Below are positions 19,160-30,087 of a stretch of 64,000 nt of DNA, piece after piece; the first letter of the stretch is position 1; each line of letters opens with the position of its first letter. This DNA is from an uncultured Chloroflexia bacterium (GTDB lineage: Bacteria > Chloroflexota > Limnocylindria > Limnocylindrales > CSP1-4). The notes beneath the pieces were generated by a model that was not told the origin of the DNA, searched no databases, and saw only the letters and a program-made list of their open reading frames with translations. The stretch covers positions 229,911 to 293,910 of the forward strand of contig CAWFND010000008.1 in assembly GCA_963817095.1 (NCBI GenBank), in the 5' to 3' direction. The translations under genes were made by a program, and so were the position numbers.

Positions 19160-20202
19160 GAGGCCTCCATGGAGTGCGTGCCGGGTGCCGAAAGATACTC
19201 CGACGGCTCCTTGATGAACCGCGTCCGACAGCCGATCGAGCAGAACGCGTAGACCGTCCCGTCATGCTCGGCGAGGTGGCGCGCCGTGGCCCGGTCGACG
19301 GTCATCCCGCAGACCGGATCGACGAGGACGATGTCGTCGACGACGGGCAGGATCGGCTGGACGGCCAACGCCGCGTCACCGCTCAGCGTCGCCGGGCCGG
19401 GTGCCGCGACGAACGGCGCGCGGCCGCGCCGGACCTGGACGAGCTCCGCGAGGATCGACAGCGCGATCTCCTCGGGCGTCTCCGCGCCGAGGTCCATGCC
19501 GGCCGGCGCGCGGAGCGCGGCGAGCCGCTCCTCGGCGAGGCCGGTCTCATCGCGGAGCCACTGGCGGACGACGTTGGCCCGCGTCGGCGAGGCCACGAGC
19601 CCGACGTACGACGCATTCCGACGGAGCCCGGCCGCGAGGGCCTCCTCGTCCCATTGGCCCTGGGTCGCGACGACGATGTAGGGGCTCACGTCGGGGTCGA
19701 CGCGGCCGAGTGCCACTTCCGGGCTCACTCTCTCCGCCGCCGGGAAGTCCTCGGCGACGGCGAACGGATCGAAGACCGTAACGCGCCAGCCAGCCGCGGC
19801 GCCGAGCGTCGCGAGGGCACCGGCGATCGGGGTCGTCCCGGCGACCCACAGGAGCGGCGCGGGGAGATGCGGTTCCACGTAGATCTCCAGGGTGCCACCG
19901 GAGTGGCAGGTCATGACGAGCTCGACGACACCGTCGGCCCGTCGTCCTTCGGCCGGCCCGTCCTTCGACAGGCGAAGGAGACGCGGCTGGCCGTCGGCCA
20001 TCGCATGGAGCGCCTCGCGGACGACCACGGGCTGGGCGCAGCTGCCGCCGACCCAGCCCTCGATCGTGCCGTCGGGGTGGACGATCCCGCTCGCGCCGGG
20101 TCGCGCCGACGTCGGCCGGGCCACGGCGACGACGGTCGCGACGACGAACGGGCGGCCGGCTGCTTCCAGCTCGGCCGCCCGGACGAAGACGCTGCGGGTC
20201 AT
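19156..20202 (-). CDS. XdhC/CoxI-family molybdenum-cofactor insertion chaperone with C-terminal YHS/TRASH metal-binding domain
   Basis: XdhC N-terminal and Rossmann domains, then a C-terminal VDPVCGMTVD...AFCSIGCRTRF (YHS). Start taken at MTRSVFVRAAELEAAG. The upstream 42 codons are R/S-rich. Confidence 0.75.
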   Translation of the reverse strand: MTRSVFVRAAELEAAGRPFVVATVVAVARPTSARPGASGIVHPDGTIEGWVGGSCAQPVVVREALHAMADGQPRLLRLSKDGPAEGRRADGVVELVMTCHSGGTLEIYVEPHLPAPLLWVAGTTPIAGALATLGAAAGWRVTVFDPFAVAEDFPAAERVSPEVALGRVDPDVSPYIVVATQGQWDEEALAAGLRRNASYVGLVASPTRANVVRQWLRDETGLAEERLAALRAPAGMDLGAETPEEIALSILAELVQVRRGRAPFVAAPGPATLSGDAALAVQPILPVVDDIVLVDPVCGMTVDRATARHLAEHDGTVYAFCSIGCRTRFIKEPSEYLSAPGTHSMEAS

Positions 20203-20236
20203 GGACGCGGGTGCGGGACGATCGCCGGGCGGAGCC

Positions 20237-22606
20237 CTACGAGACGCCCTTCTCGTGGAGGATCGCCCAGACCTTCTGCGGGGTGATCGGGATGTCGATG
20301 TTGCGGACGCCGAGATGCCAGAGGGCATCGACGACGGCGTTCGCGATCGCCGGCGGGGCGCCGACGGTGGCCGACTCCCCGACGCCCTTGGCCCCGATCG
20401 GGTGGTGGGGTGACGGCGTGACCGTCTTTGCGGTCTCCCAGGCGGGCGTCTCGACGGCAGTCGGGAGCAGATAGTCCATGAACGTGCCGGCGAGGTTGTT
20501 GCCGTTCTCGTCGTAGGTGATCTCCTCGTACAGAGCCGGCGCGAGCCCCATCGTGAGCCCGCCGTGGATCTGGCCGTCGACGATCATCGGGTTGATGATG
20601 TTGCCGCAGTCGTCGACGGCGACAAAGCGGCGGACGTGGACCTCACCAGTGCCCTTGTCGATGTCGACGACGCAGATGTACGAGCCGAACGGGAAGGTCA
20701 GGTTCGGCGGGTCGTAGTAGTCGACCGCCTCGAGGCCCATCTCCATCCCCTGCGGGTAGTTCGTGTAGGCCGCGAAGGCGATCTCCTGGATCGTCTTCGC
20801 CCGCTCGGGCGAGCCCTTGACGAAGAACTTGCCGTTGGTCCACTCGAGATCGTCCTCGGACGCCTCGAGGAGGTGGGCCGCCAGCTTGCGGGCCTTGTCC
20901 TTGATCTTCCGCGACGCCATCGCAGTCGCTGCCCCGGACGTCGGCGTCGACCGCGAGCCGTACGTCCCAACGCCGTACGGCGCTGTGTCGGTGTCGCCGT
21001 ATTCGATCTTGATGTCCTGAACGGGGAAGCCGAGCTCCTCGGCGATGATCTGGGCATAGGTCGTCTCGTGGCCCTGGCCCTGCGTCTGCGCTGCGATCCT
21101 CGCGAGGACCTTGCCCGTCGGGTGGACGCGGATCTCGCACCCGTCGTTCATCTTCAGGCCGATGATGTCGAAGTCGTGCGACGGGCCCGCCCCGACGATC
21201 TCGGTGAATGAGCAGATGCCGATGCCCATCAGCTCGCCGCGAGCCTGCTTCTCGGCCTGCTCCCGGCGCAGGCCGGCGTAGTCGATCAGGTCCATCGCCT
21301 TCTGGAGCGCAACCGGGTAGTTGCCCGAGTCGTACGACCAGCCGGTCGGGCTCTTGTACGGGAACTGCTCCGGCTGGATGAAGTTCTCCATCCGGAGCTG
21401 GGCAGGATCCTTGCCGAGGTCATGGGCCAGGATGTCGACCATCCGCTCGATGGCGTGAACGGCCTCCGTCACCCGGAACGAGCAGCGGTAGGCAACGCCG
21501 CCCGGCGGCTTGTTCGTGTAGACGCCATCGACCTCGACGAACGCGTCCGGGAAGTCGTACGAGCCGGTGATGACGTTGAACAGGCCGGCCGGGAACTTCG
21601 ACGGGTCGGCGGCCGCGTCCGAGTAGCCGTGATCCGCGATCGTCCGGACCTTGAGGCTGGTGATCTTGCCGGCCTTGGTCGCACCGAGCTCGGCGTGGAT
21701 GTGGTAGTCGCGGGCGAACGAGTCCGCCTGGAGGTTCTCGGAGCGGTCCTCGATCCACTTCACCGGCTTGCCGGTCGTGAGCGAGGCAACGACTGCGAGG
21801 ACGTAGCCCGGGTAGACCGGGACCTTGCCGCCGAACCCGCCACCGATGTCGTGGGTCTTGACCCGGATGTTCTGCTCGGGAAGGCCGGCGACGAGGGCGA
21901 GGACGGTCCGGATGACGTGCGGTGCCTGCGAGGTCATGTGCAGGGTGAGCTGGCCGCGGACGGCGTCCCAGTCGGCGACGCAGCCGCAGGTCTCGATCGA
22001 GGCAACATGGATCCGGGGGATGTAGATGTCCTCTTCGATCCGGACGTCGGCCGCGGCGAGCGCAGCGTCGGTCTTCGCCTTGTCGCCCGATTCCCAGTGC
22101 CAGATGTGGTTGTTCTGCTTGTCGGGGCCGCGGTCCGGGCGGAGGACGAATGCGTCCGGCTCGAGCGCCTTGTGCGGGTCGACGATGACCGGCAGCGGCT
22201 CGTAGTCGACCAGGACGGCGGCCACGCCGTCGGCGGCGGCATAGCGGGAGGTGGCGACGACGGCCGCGACCTCCTGGGCCTGGTACATGACCGTGGTCGT
22301 CGGCAGGACCATCTGCTTGTCGCCGGCGAGGGTCGGCATCCAGTGGAGACCGGCCTTCTCGAGGTCGGCGCCGGTGATCACCGCGGCCACGCCCGGGACC
22401 TTCAACGCCTCGCTGGCGTCGATGCCCTTGATCGTCGCGTGGGCGTACGGGCTGCGGACGATGTCGAGCCAGAGCTGGCCCGGCAGGTTGAAGTCGTCGA
22501 TGTACTCGCCCTTGCCGCGGATGAACCGCGGGTCTTCCTTGCGCTTGACGGAATGGCCCATGCCCCCGACCTCGGGGGTCGTCTGAAGGGGTGCCTCTGT
22601 CGTCAT
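20237..22606 (-). CDS. coxL: form I carbon-monoxide dehydrogenase large subunit CoxL (Mo-Cu)
   Basis: Active-site loop [10 protein letters not shown], the form-I signature. A 787-aa MoCo-binding XDH-family protein. Start at ATG 22606 with GGAGG 7 nt upstream. Confidence 0.9.
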   Translation of the reverse strand: MTTEAPLQTTPEVGGMGHSVKRKEDPRFIRGKGEYIDDFNLPGQLWLDIVRSPYAHATIKGIDASEALKVPGVAAVITGADLEKAGLHWMPTLAGDKQMVLPTTTVMYQAQEVAAVVATSRYAAADGVAAVLVDYEPLPVIVDPHKALEPDAFVLRPDRGPDKQNNHIWHWESGDKAKTDAALAAADVRIEEDIYIPRIHVASIETCGCVADWDAVRGQLTLHMTSQAPHVIRTVLALVAGLPEQNIRVKTHDIGGGFGGKVPVYPGYVLAVVASLTTGKPVKWIEDRSENLQADSFARDYHIHAELGATKAGKITSLKVRTIADHGYSDAAADPSKFPAGLFNVITGSYDFPDAFVEVDGVYTNKPPGGVAYRCSFRVTEAVHAIERMVDILAHDLGKDPAQLRMENFIQPEQFPYKSPTGWSYDSGNYPVALQKAMDLIDYAGLRREQAEKQARGELMGIGICSFTEIVGAGPSHDFDIIGLKMNDGCEIRVHPTGKVLARIAAQTQGQGHETTYAQIIAEELGFPVQDIKIEYGDTDTAPYGVGTYGSRSTPTSGAATAMASRKIKDKARKLAAHLLEASEDDLEWTNGKFFVKGSPERAKTIQEIAFAAYTNYPQGMEMGLEAVDYYDPPNLTFPFGSYICVVDIDKGTGEVHVRRFVAVDDCGNIINPMIVDGQIHGGLTMGLAPALYEEITYDENGNNLAGTFMDYLLPTAVETPAWETAKTVTPSPHHPIGAKGVGESATVGAPPAIANAVVDALWHLGVRNIDIPITPQKVWAILHEKGVS

Positions 22607-22607
22607 C

Positions 22608-23130
22608 TCACGCCTCCGCCGCGACCGCTTCGCCAGCCCCGGCCGGCGCCGCGGCACTCGCGCTGAGCTCGCCGGCGGCCTGCTGGATCGCCTTCACGAT
22701 GTTCACGTAGCCGGTGCAGCGACAGAGGTTGCCGCTGATCCCCTGCCGGATCTCGGCTTCCGATGGGCTCGGGTTCTCGTCGAGCAGCCAGGCGGCCTGC
22801 ATGATCATGCCCGGGGGTGCAGAACCCGCACTGGAGACCGTGCTGGTCCCAGAACGCCTGCTGGAGCGGGTGGAGGGTGGCCCCGTCGACCATGCCCTCG
22901 ATCGTCTTGATCTCGGCCCCGTCGGCCTGGACCGCGAGCATCGTGCAGGACTTCGCGCTCCGGCCATTCACGTGGACCGTGCACGCGCCGCAGTTGCTCG
23001 TGTCGCAGCCGATGTGCGTTCCGGTCAGCCCGAAGACGTCTCGGAGCAGGTGGACGAGCAGGAGCCGTGGCTCGACGTCGGCCTCGTGGGCCTCGCCGTT
23101 GACCGTGACGGTGATGTGCTGTGTCGTCAT
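22608..23130 (-). CDS. coxS: CoxS (2Fe-2S) small subunit, interrupted by a 1-nt insertion at about 22810-22817
   Basis: N-terminal [13 protein letters not shown]...LQCGFCTPG in one frame and MIMQAAWLL...[16 protein letters not shown] in the +1 frame. The junction lies in a CCCGGGGG run. Confidence 0.8.
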
Positions 23131-23140
23131 CGTCGTTCCC

Positions 23141-24014
23141 TCACGCGTTCGCCAGCGCCCGCTCGACCGCCTTGCGGAGCGATCGAAGGGTGAGCTCGGC
23201 GACCATCGCCCGCTTGTAGTCGGCGGGGCCCCGGACGTCGGCGGTGGGTTCGCTCGTCGCGGCCGCCGCCAGGCCGGCGGCCCGGAACGCCTCGTCGGAC
23301 GGTTGCTTGCCCGCGAGGCCGGCTTCCGCGTCGGTCGCGGCGAACGGCGAGCCGGAGACGCCGGTCACGCCGATCCCGGCCCAGCGGATCGCGCCGTCAT
23401 CGCCGATGCCGACGACCGAGGCGACTCCGGCTGTCGCGAAGTCGCCGACGCGCCGCTCGAGCTTCACGTAGGCGCCGCCCTGGCCGCGGGGTCGGCGGCC
23501 GAACCGGATCTCCGTGAGGATCTCCGTCGGCTCGATCGCGGTCGTGAACGTGTCGAGGAAGAAGTGGCGCGCCTCGATCACGCGCTCGCCATTCCGTCCC
23601 CGGCAGACGATCCTGGCGTTCACCGCGAGGAGCGCCGCGGGCCAGTCCGAGGCGGGATCCGCGTGGGCGACGGAGCCGCCGATCGTGCCCCAGTTGCGGA
23701 CCTGCGGGTCGCCGATGCCGCCCGACACGTCGTGCAGAAGCGGATAGCGCGCGATCGTGGCGTCCTCGTGGATCTGGCGGTGGGTGGCCCGCGCGCCGAC
23801 CCTGAGCTCATCATCGGTCTCGACGATCGCGTCGAGGCCGGCGACGTCCTGGATGTCGACGAGGAGGCCGGGCTGCGCGAGGCGCAGCTTCAGCAGGGGC
23901 AGCAGGCTGTAGCCGCCCGACAGGATCTTGGCCTCACCCTCGTGATCGGCAAGGAGCCTGAGGGCGCCGTCCAGATCCGGCGGACGAGCGTAATCGAAGG
24001 GTGCCGGGAATCAT
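23141..24014 (-). CDS. coxM: CoxM (FAD-binding) medium subunit, frameshifted at codon 5-6 (extra G in the GGG run at 23999-24001)
   Basis: ATG-ATT-CCC-GGC-ACC (MIPGT) followed one base later by the [40 protein letters not shown] frame. That frame is open and continuous to 23141 (...[12 protein letters not shown]...). Confidence 0.75.
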
Positions 24015-24361
24015 GCGCGACCGTCCTCCTCACCCCACCATGGGGGCGCTCACCGGCCCGTCTCGCTCCCCTCGCGACGAGCTGCCTGATGTCGACGATC
24101 GGGCCGGCGGAAGGTGTCGCTTGCGGCGTCCGTAGGTGCGCGCGATCCGTCCGGGGTCCGCTGCCCGGAGTGTAACGCCGTTGAACACTGATGGGGTGAT
24201 CAGGTTCGCGGGTGGAATCCCTCGCGACTCCGGACTTCGTCGGCGAACACGGATCGGTTCTCCGGGCGATTCGCCTGTCAATTCCGTCCGTGGCCGTTCG
24301 TCGTGCAGATGAAGGGGCGGACCCGACGGGCCGCCGAACAACGAATCGAGGAGGTTGTGCC

Positions 24362-24700
24362 ATGGGAGCCCAGATCGTGCACGTCGAGGTCCGCGGCAAG
24401 GACGGAGCCGCACTCCAGTCCTTCTATGAGGACATCTTCGGCTGGGACCTCGACAAGAACAATCCCGGCGGGTACGGGATGGTCCGTCAGGACAGCGGCG
24501 TCAGCGGCGGGATCGGCGCGTCGCAGGACGGGACGATCGGCCACGTCACGTTCTACGTCCGCACCGAGAACGCGCAGGGCGTCCTCGACAAGGTGGCGGC
24601 CAAGGGTGGGCGGGTGCTCATGCCCCTGACCGAGGTAGCGCCCGAGACGACGATCGCGCTCTTCGCCGATCCGGAGGGTCACGTCGTCGGGCTGATGTAG
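24362..24700 (+). CDS. VOC/glyoxalase-family protein (about 113 aa)
   Basis: MGAQIVHVEVRGKD...GHVTFYVRTEN...ALFADPEGHVVGLM. SD GAGGAGG. Confidence 0.65.
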   Translation: MGAQIVHVEVRGKDGAALQSFYEDIFGWDLDKNNPGGYGMVRQDSGVSGGIGASQDGTIGHVTFYVRTENAQGVLDKVAAKGGRVLMPLTEVAPETTIALFADPEGHVVGLM

Positions 24701-25223
24701 GCGCTCGTCTTCAACGCTCGAGGGCCGGGCCCGCTGGTGCGGGACCCGGCCTTCGTCTGTCCGTCCCAGCTTCGCGGAACGCGGGGCATACCACCGGTCG
24801 GTCGTCATCGCACCCCGGCGACATCCGGAACGTCGTGCGGTTCCGATCGTCGGTCGTCGGGCACCACGAGGGTCCTGACGAGCGCTCCGTTCGACCGTTG
24901 GAACAGCGGACGAGCCAGGAGACGGATCAGCCGGCCGTCGCGGCCTCCGGCTCGGGAGCCGCGCCCATCGCCGCCCCCGTCTCGACCCAGGTCTTCAGGC
25001 CGGACACGATGTAGACGAGGCCCGACGGGAACTCGCCGTGGACGACGCCGCCGTCCCGCATGCCCGACACGACGACGGTCAGCTTCGTGCTCGGAGCGGC
25101 TCCCGGATGGGTTGACTGCGCCACCGGTGTTGGAGACCGCCGCTCCGTGGACAACGGACGCGCCGACGCACACCCTTGGCGCATGTTCCCTGGCATCCTC
25201 GACCGTCCTCGTCGGGTCAGGAC

Positions 25224-26072
25224 ATGGCTCGCGACGCGAGCGCTGGCGTGAGCCTGACCACGGACGACCGCATCGCGGACGAGCAGGTCCGGCACTGGCT
25301 CGGCGAGAAAGCGGTGCGATCGCCCCTCGTCGCGATGAACTCGTCCGCCTGGCTGGTCTCGTCAGGCGCCGAGCGCTACGTGCTCAAGATCGCCGACGTT
25401 TCGGACGAGCCCGGCCTGCGCGTCGCAGCGTGGCTGGAGGAGCACGGACTGCGGACCGGCGCACCGGTGCACATGACCGTTCGCGGCGATCGACTGGTGG
25501 CGCTGCTGCCGTTCGTGGACGGACGAGGACTTGACTCTTCCGGCGCGGACATCGACCTGCTCGGCGAGACGCTGGGGCGCGCCCATTCGCTCCTCGCGGG
25601 AGCGCCGGTACCCGATGGCCTCGACCGCTGGCCCTGGGCCTGGCTCGATGCGACGGCCATCGACGAACCGGCGCTCCGAGGGGCCGCTCGCGGCGCGATC
25701 GATCGGGCCGAGCGACTGGCGCCGGCCCTGACCCACGGGATCCTCCACGCGGATCCGGCTCCCGAGGCCTTTCTGGCCAGCGAGGAGGGCGTAGCCCTGA
25801 TCGATTGGGGCTCCGCCTACCATGGACCGCTCCTCTACGACGCGGCATCGGCGTGGATGTACACGGACGAGCGCGTTCTTGCGGCATACGCCCGAACGGC
25901 CCCGATCGGATCGGACGAGATCGCCGGCGCGGCAACGTTCCTCGCCTTCCGGTGGGCGGTCCAGGCCTGCTACTTCTCAAATCGGATCCGCCGCCGCGAC
26001 TTGACCGGTCTCGACGGAGACTCCGGCAACGACAAGGGTCTCGCGGATGCGCGACGGGCGCTCCTCGGCTAG
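25224..26072 (+). CDS. phosphotransferase-enzyme-family (APH/choline-kinase-like) protein
   Basis: Brenner motif GILHADPAPEAF and the downstream LIDWGSAYHGPLLYD block. Confidence 0.7.
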   Translation: MARDASAGVSLTTDDRIADEQVRHWLGEKAVRSPLVAMNSSAWLVSSGAERYVLKIADVSDEPGLRVAAWLEEHGLRTGAPVHMTVRGDRLVALLPFVDGRGLDSSGADIDLLGETLGRAHSLLAGAPVPDGLDRWPWAWLDATAIDEPALRGAARGAIDRAERLAPALTHGILHADPAPEAFLASEEGVALIDWGSAYHGPLLYDAASAWMYTDERVLAAYARTAPIGSDEIAGAATFLAFRWAVQACYFSNRIRRRDLTGLDGDSGNDKGLADARRALLG

Positions 26073-26224
26073 AGCCGCACCGGTGTTGGTCTCCGCGGCG
26101 CTTGTCATCGGTTGACCGCCGCGCGGCCGTCGACCACGATCGGCCGATGGGAAACGACGACGCGATCCGGGCGCTTGACGCCGGTCGGCGCCGGGAGGCC
26201 GTGCGCGGCGTTCGCGGCGTGCCG

Positions 26225-27722
26225 ATGATCGAGCATGCCGTGGTGATCGCCGGAGGCGGTCCGACGGGGCTGATGCTGGCGGGTGAGCTGGCCCTGGCCG
26301 GCGTCGACGTCGCCATCGTCGAGCGGCGCCCCAATCAGGACCTCCCGGGCTCGCGCGCAGGCGGTCTGCAGTCACGAACCATCGAGGTCCTCGATCAGCG
26401 CGGCATCGCCGATCGGTTCCTCGCGGAGGGGCAGGTGGCCCAGGTCGCCGGGTTCGCCATGATCCGCCTGGACATCAGCGACTTTCCCACCCGGCATCCC
26501 TACGGGCTTGGGCTGTGGCAGAAACACATCGAGCGCATCCTCGCCGGCTGGGTCGCCGAACTGAACGTCCCGATCCACTACGGCACCGAGGTGACCGGAT
26601 TCGCGCAGGACGACGCCGGCGTGGACGTCGTCCTGTCCGACGGCCCACGCGTGCGGGCGCAGTATCTCGTCGGGTGCGACGGAGGACGCAGCCTGGTCCG
26701 CAAGGAAGCCGGGATCGAGTTCCCCGGCTGGGACGCGACGACGAGCGCCCTGCTCGCCGAGGTCGAGATGACCGAGGAGCCGGAACTGGGCGTTCGCCGC
26801 ACGCCCTCGGGCACGCATGCCCTGGGCAAGGTCGAGTACGAGGTCAAGGACGGCAAGGTCGTCTACCAGCCTGGGGGGACGGTCGGGGTCATGCTGACCG
26901 AGCCGCAGGTCGGCACCAGCGAGCCCACCCTTGGCGATCTTCGCGAGGGCCTCGTCGCCGTGTACGGGACCGACTACGGGATCCACGATCTCACGTGGAT
27001 CACCAGGTTCACCGACACGACCCGGCAGGCTGCTGCCTACCGCAAGGGACGGGTGCTGCTGGCCGGCGACGCCGCGCACGTGCATTCCCCGGTCGGTGGA
27101 CAGGGCCTCAATATCGGCGTGCAGGATGCGGTCAACCTGGGCTGGAAGCTGGCGCAGGTGGTCAAGGGGATGTCGCCAGACAGCTTGCTCGATACCTACC
27201 ACGGCGAACGGCATCCGGTCGGTGCCCGCGTGCTCCGTACCACGATGGCGCAGGTGGCGCTCACGCGCGTCGACGATCGCACCGAGGCATTGCGCGACAG
27301 CGTGTCCGAGCTGCTGAGCATGGACGAGCCTCGCCGACGATTCGCCGCGATGATGTCCGGCCTGGACATTCACTACGATCTCGGCGAGGGCCATCCGCTG
27401 CTGGGACGCCGCATGCCCGATCTCGACCTGTTGACCGCCAACGGTCCGCTGCGGGTCTTCACCCTGCTGCACGATGCCCGGCCGGTGCTGCTCTACGTCG
27501 GTGAGCCCGCCGGGTTCGACATCACGCCGTGGGCGGATCGGGTCCGGCTGGTCGAGGCCAGCTACGACGGTCCGTGGGAGCTTCCGGCGACTCGGGACGG
27601 TCGCCGCTCCCTCCGCCGTGCTGATCCGGCCCGACGGATATGTGGCGTGGGTGGGAGACGAGGCGAACGTGGGCCTCGCCGACGCGCTGACCACCTGGTT
27701 CGGACCGCCGACTTCGGCGTAG
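26225..27722 (+). CDS. FAD-dependent aromatic-ring monooxygenase, with a 1-nt indel near 27585-27600
   Basis: GGGPTGLMLAGELALAGV, GCDGGRSLVR and LAGDAAHVHSPVGGQGLNIGVQDAVNLGWKL. C-terminus ...VAAPSAVLIRPDGYVAWVGDE lies in the +1 frame. Confidence 0.75.
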
Positions 27723-27853
27723 CGCACCGGTCGATGACCGGACGGGCGCCTTTCGTTGTCGGCGAGCAAGGGGTTGCCTCAGTGCGACCATGCCTGCAAC
27801 GCATCGGAGACGGTTGGGTTGCGGCCGCCCGATCCGCGGCGCACGCTGAATCG

Positions 27854-28363
27854 ATGCGGTGGGTTCGGGATGTCGCGTGGAAGCTGGCCGTGGGCGGGAT
27901 GGCCGCCGCGGGCCTCGGCGTCGTCGTCCTGGTCGTCCAGGCAGCTCGCGAGGTCATGACCGATCCGAGCCTCAGCCTGATCGACGGCTACTGGGTCGGC
28001 CGCCTGCCGTGGACGGCGATCGGGGTCGACCTCGTCGTCGCCGGCAGCACCGCCGCGGCAATCGCCGGACTCGTCGGATCGTGGCTGAACGGCGGCTGGA
28101 TCGCGCGCGTGCTCGCGACCGTCGCGGCGCTCGTCGCCGCGTTCTGGTGGGCGATCGCGCTGATGCCCCAGCCGGGCGGCGCGCCATGCACAGAGTGCGG
28201 GCCGCACGTCGCCGACCCGATCACCTACGCCTACAGCCTGCCCGAGACCGCCGTGCTGCTGCTGGTCGTGCCGGCGCTCGTCGTCACGGCGATCGCGGCC
28301 CTCGCGCGGCCGCGCACCGAGGCCTCGAATCAGACCACGGTCGCGCCGCCGGCCTCGACCTGA
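27854..28363 (+). CDS. hypothetical membrane protein (about 169 aa)
   Basis: Continuation of the long ORF after the monooxygenase. Three or four hydrophobic helices. No family recognised. Its 3' end overlaps the convergent DsbA gene. Confidence 0.4.
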   Translation: MRWVRDVAWKLAVGGMAAAGLGVVVLVVQAAREVMTDPSLSLIDGYWVGRLPWTAIGVDLVVAGSTAAAIAGLVGSWLNGGWIARVLATVAALVAAFWWAIALMPQPGGAPCTECGPHVADPITYAYSLPETAVLLLVVPALVVTAIAALARPRTEASNQTTVAPPAST

Positions 28364-28983
28364 GCCACGCGCAGCGTCTCGAGGAAGACCTCGGCCGGCT
28401 GCGCGCCCGATACGCCGAATCGTCGGTCGAACACGAAGAACGGCACGCCGTTGATGCCCAGCGCCCGCGCCTCGGCGAGATCGTGGCGGACCTCGTCGGC
28501 GTAGGCGTCGGTCGCAAGAACGTGCCGGACGTCGGCCGGATCGAGACCGATCTCGCCGCCCAGCCGGACGAGCGTGTCGGCGTCGTCGAGGACCTCGCCC
28601 TCGACCAGCTGCGCCCGCAGCAGTCGCTCCTGGGCCTGGTCGTCGAGGCCGTTCGCCCGGGCCAGGTGCGCGACGCGGTGGGTATCGAACGTATTGATCA
28701 CCTTGTACGTCTCGAAGTGGTAGTCGAGGCCCTCGTCGGCGGCGAGCGCGACGACGCGCTCGTTGAGCTTGTGGACCTGCTCGACGCTGGCGCCCATCTT
28801 CGCGGCGAGGTACTCGTCGTGGGTGGTGCGGATGCCGCGCGGCTGGTCCGGATTGAGCTGGAAGCTTCGCCAGTGGACCTCGACGTCGCCGGCCCCGTCG
28901 TACCCGGACAGGGCCCGTTCGAACCGTCGCTTGCCGATGTAGCACCAGGGGCAGACGACGTCCGACCAGATCTCGACCTTCAT
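28330..28983 (-). CDS. DsbA-family thiol:disulfide oxidoreductase (FrnE-like)
   Basis: MKVEIWSDVVCPWCYIGKRRFE active site and a DSBA-like thioredoxin fold (GINGVPFFVFD). Confidence 0.85.
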   Translation of the reverse strand: MKVEIWSDVVCPWCYIGKRRFERALSGYDGAGDVEVHWRSFQLNPDQPRGIRTTHDEYLAAKMGASVEQVHKLNERVVALAADEGLDYHFETYKVINTFDTHRVAHLARANGLDDQAQERLLRAQLVEGEVLDDADTLVRLGGEIGLDPADVRHVLATDAYADEVRHDLAEARALGINGVPFFVFDRRFGVSGAQPAEVFLETLRVAQVEAGGATVV

Positions 28984-29242
28984 CGGATGGGCTCGACCGG
29001 AGCGCAGATCTCGTCGACGCAGATCAGATCGTCGTCCTGCGCGAGCCCGAGCAGGGTCAGCGGCGGGGTCGGCGGCTCATCCTTCGCGGGCTCGATCGGC
29101 GTCGCGGCTGCATCGCTGTCCGAAGAGGCCGCCGAAGACTCGTTGAGCATGCAACCAGTCTACTCGGCGGCGCGCCAACACGATGACCTCAGTCAGCCGG
29201 GTCGGGCTGGGCGCGAGCTTCAGCCATCCGCCCTGTGACCCG

Positions 29243-29757
29243 CTAGGGTGTGAATGCCGTGAGCGGCAGGCGGAGGATCTGGTTGTTGGCCCAATCGGTC
29301 GCCCATACGGAGCCATCCGCCACGACAAGGTCTGCGCCCATGAACCCGTCGCCGAGGGAGACGACGCGGTCGATCGTGTTCGTCGCCGGGTCGATCGACA
29401 CGAGTCGCGCAGGCCCGCCACCGGGTGCTCCCACCGCCAGCCACGGGACCCCATTGACCGTGATGGGACCGCCGCCGTACCCGCCAAGGTCGATCGTCGC
29501 GACGACCTTGTTCGTTGCCGGATCGATGCGGGTCAGGGTCGTGGCGTCCGAACAGCTTGGCGTCCAGACCGCCTGCCCGCTGAACGCGAAACCGCTGCAA
29601 GGGCTGGCGCCCGTCGGGACCTCGATGGTCGCGACGACCTTGTTCGTCGCCGGATCGATCCGATCGATGCTGGACGTGTTCGGAACTCCGACCCAGACGC
29701 TCCGGAGTCCCAGGCCGACCTGGTGCGGGCCACTCGTGCCGACCTCGCCGACCTTGA
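29243..29757 (-). pseudogene. YVTN-family beta-propeller repeat protein remnant (no start codon, about 170 codons)
   Basis: Open frame reading ...RIDPATNKVVATIEV...RIDPATNKVVATIDL...SIDPATNTIDRVVSL... The nearest in-frame upstream signal is a TAG. No ATG/GTG occurs before residue ~110. Confidence 0.45.
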
Positions 29758-29907
29758 TGGTTGCGACGACGATACGCGCAGCGTGCCCCTACGATGATGT
29801 CCGTTCGTCGGTCGCCGTGTACCGGCGCGCGACCCCACCGCAGGAGGTCGCTCGATGGCTCGCCGATCGACAACCGTTCCTACGGGGCCGTATCAGAGGA
29901 GGATGCG

Positions 29908-30087
29908 ATGCCAGAAGAAGTCGACCCGCTCATCCAGCGGCTCCGGTTCCTGATCGCCGAGTGGAACAGGCAGGAGGACGGGCACGACTCTGACCACGCC
30001 ACCGGTGGCTGTAAGTGCCCGTGCGCGTACCGAGCAGACGACCTCGAGGAGGCCATCGCGCACTTCGCGGGCGATCGCGTCGAGTAG
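29908..30087 (+). CDS. small 59-aa Cys-containing ORF (GGCKCPCAY)
   Basis: SD AGAGGAGGA 5 nt upstream of ATG. High GC3. Sequence MPEEVDPLIQRLRFLIAEWNRQEDGHDSDHATGGCKCPCAYRADDLEEAIAHFAGDRVE. Confidence 0.4.
   Translation: MPEEVDPLIQRLRFLIAEWNRQEDGHDSDHATGGCKCPCAYRADDLEEAIAHFAGDRVE

Noticed and set aside
17760-19265. 501-aa minus-strand ORF and 373-aa plus-strand ORF
   Set aside because: They are alternative frames or antisense of the MBL hydrolase and coxG genes, and are Arg-rich.
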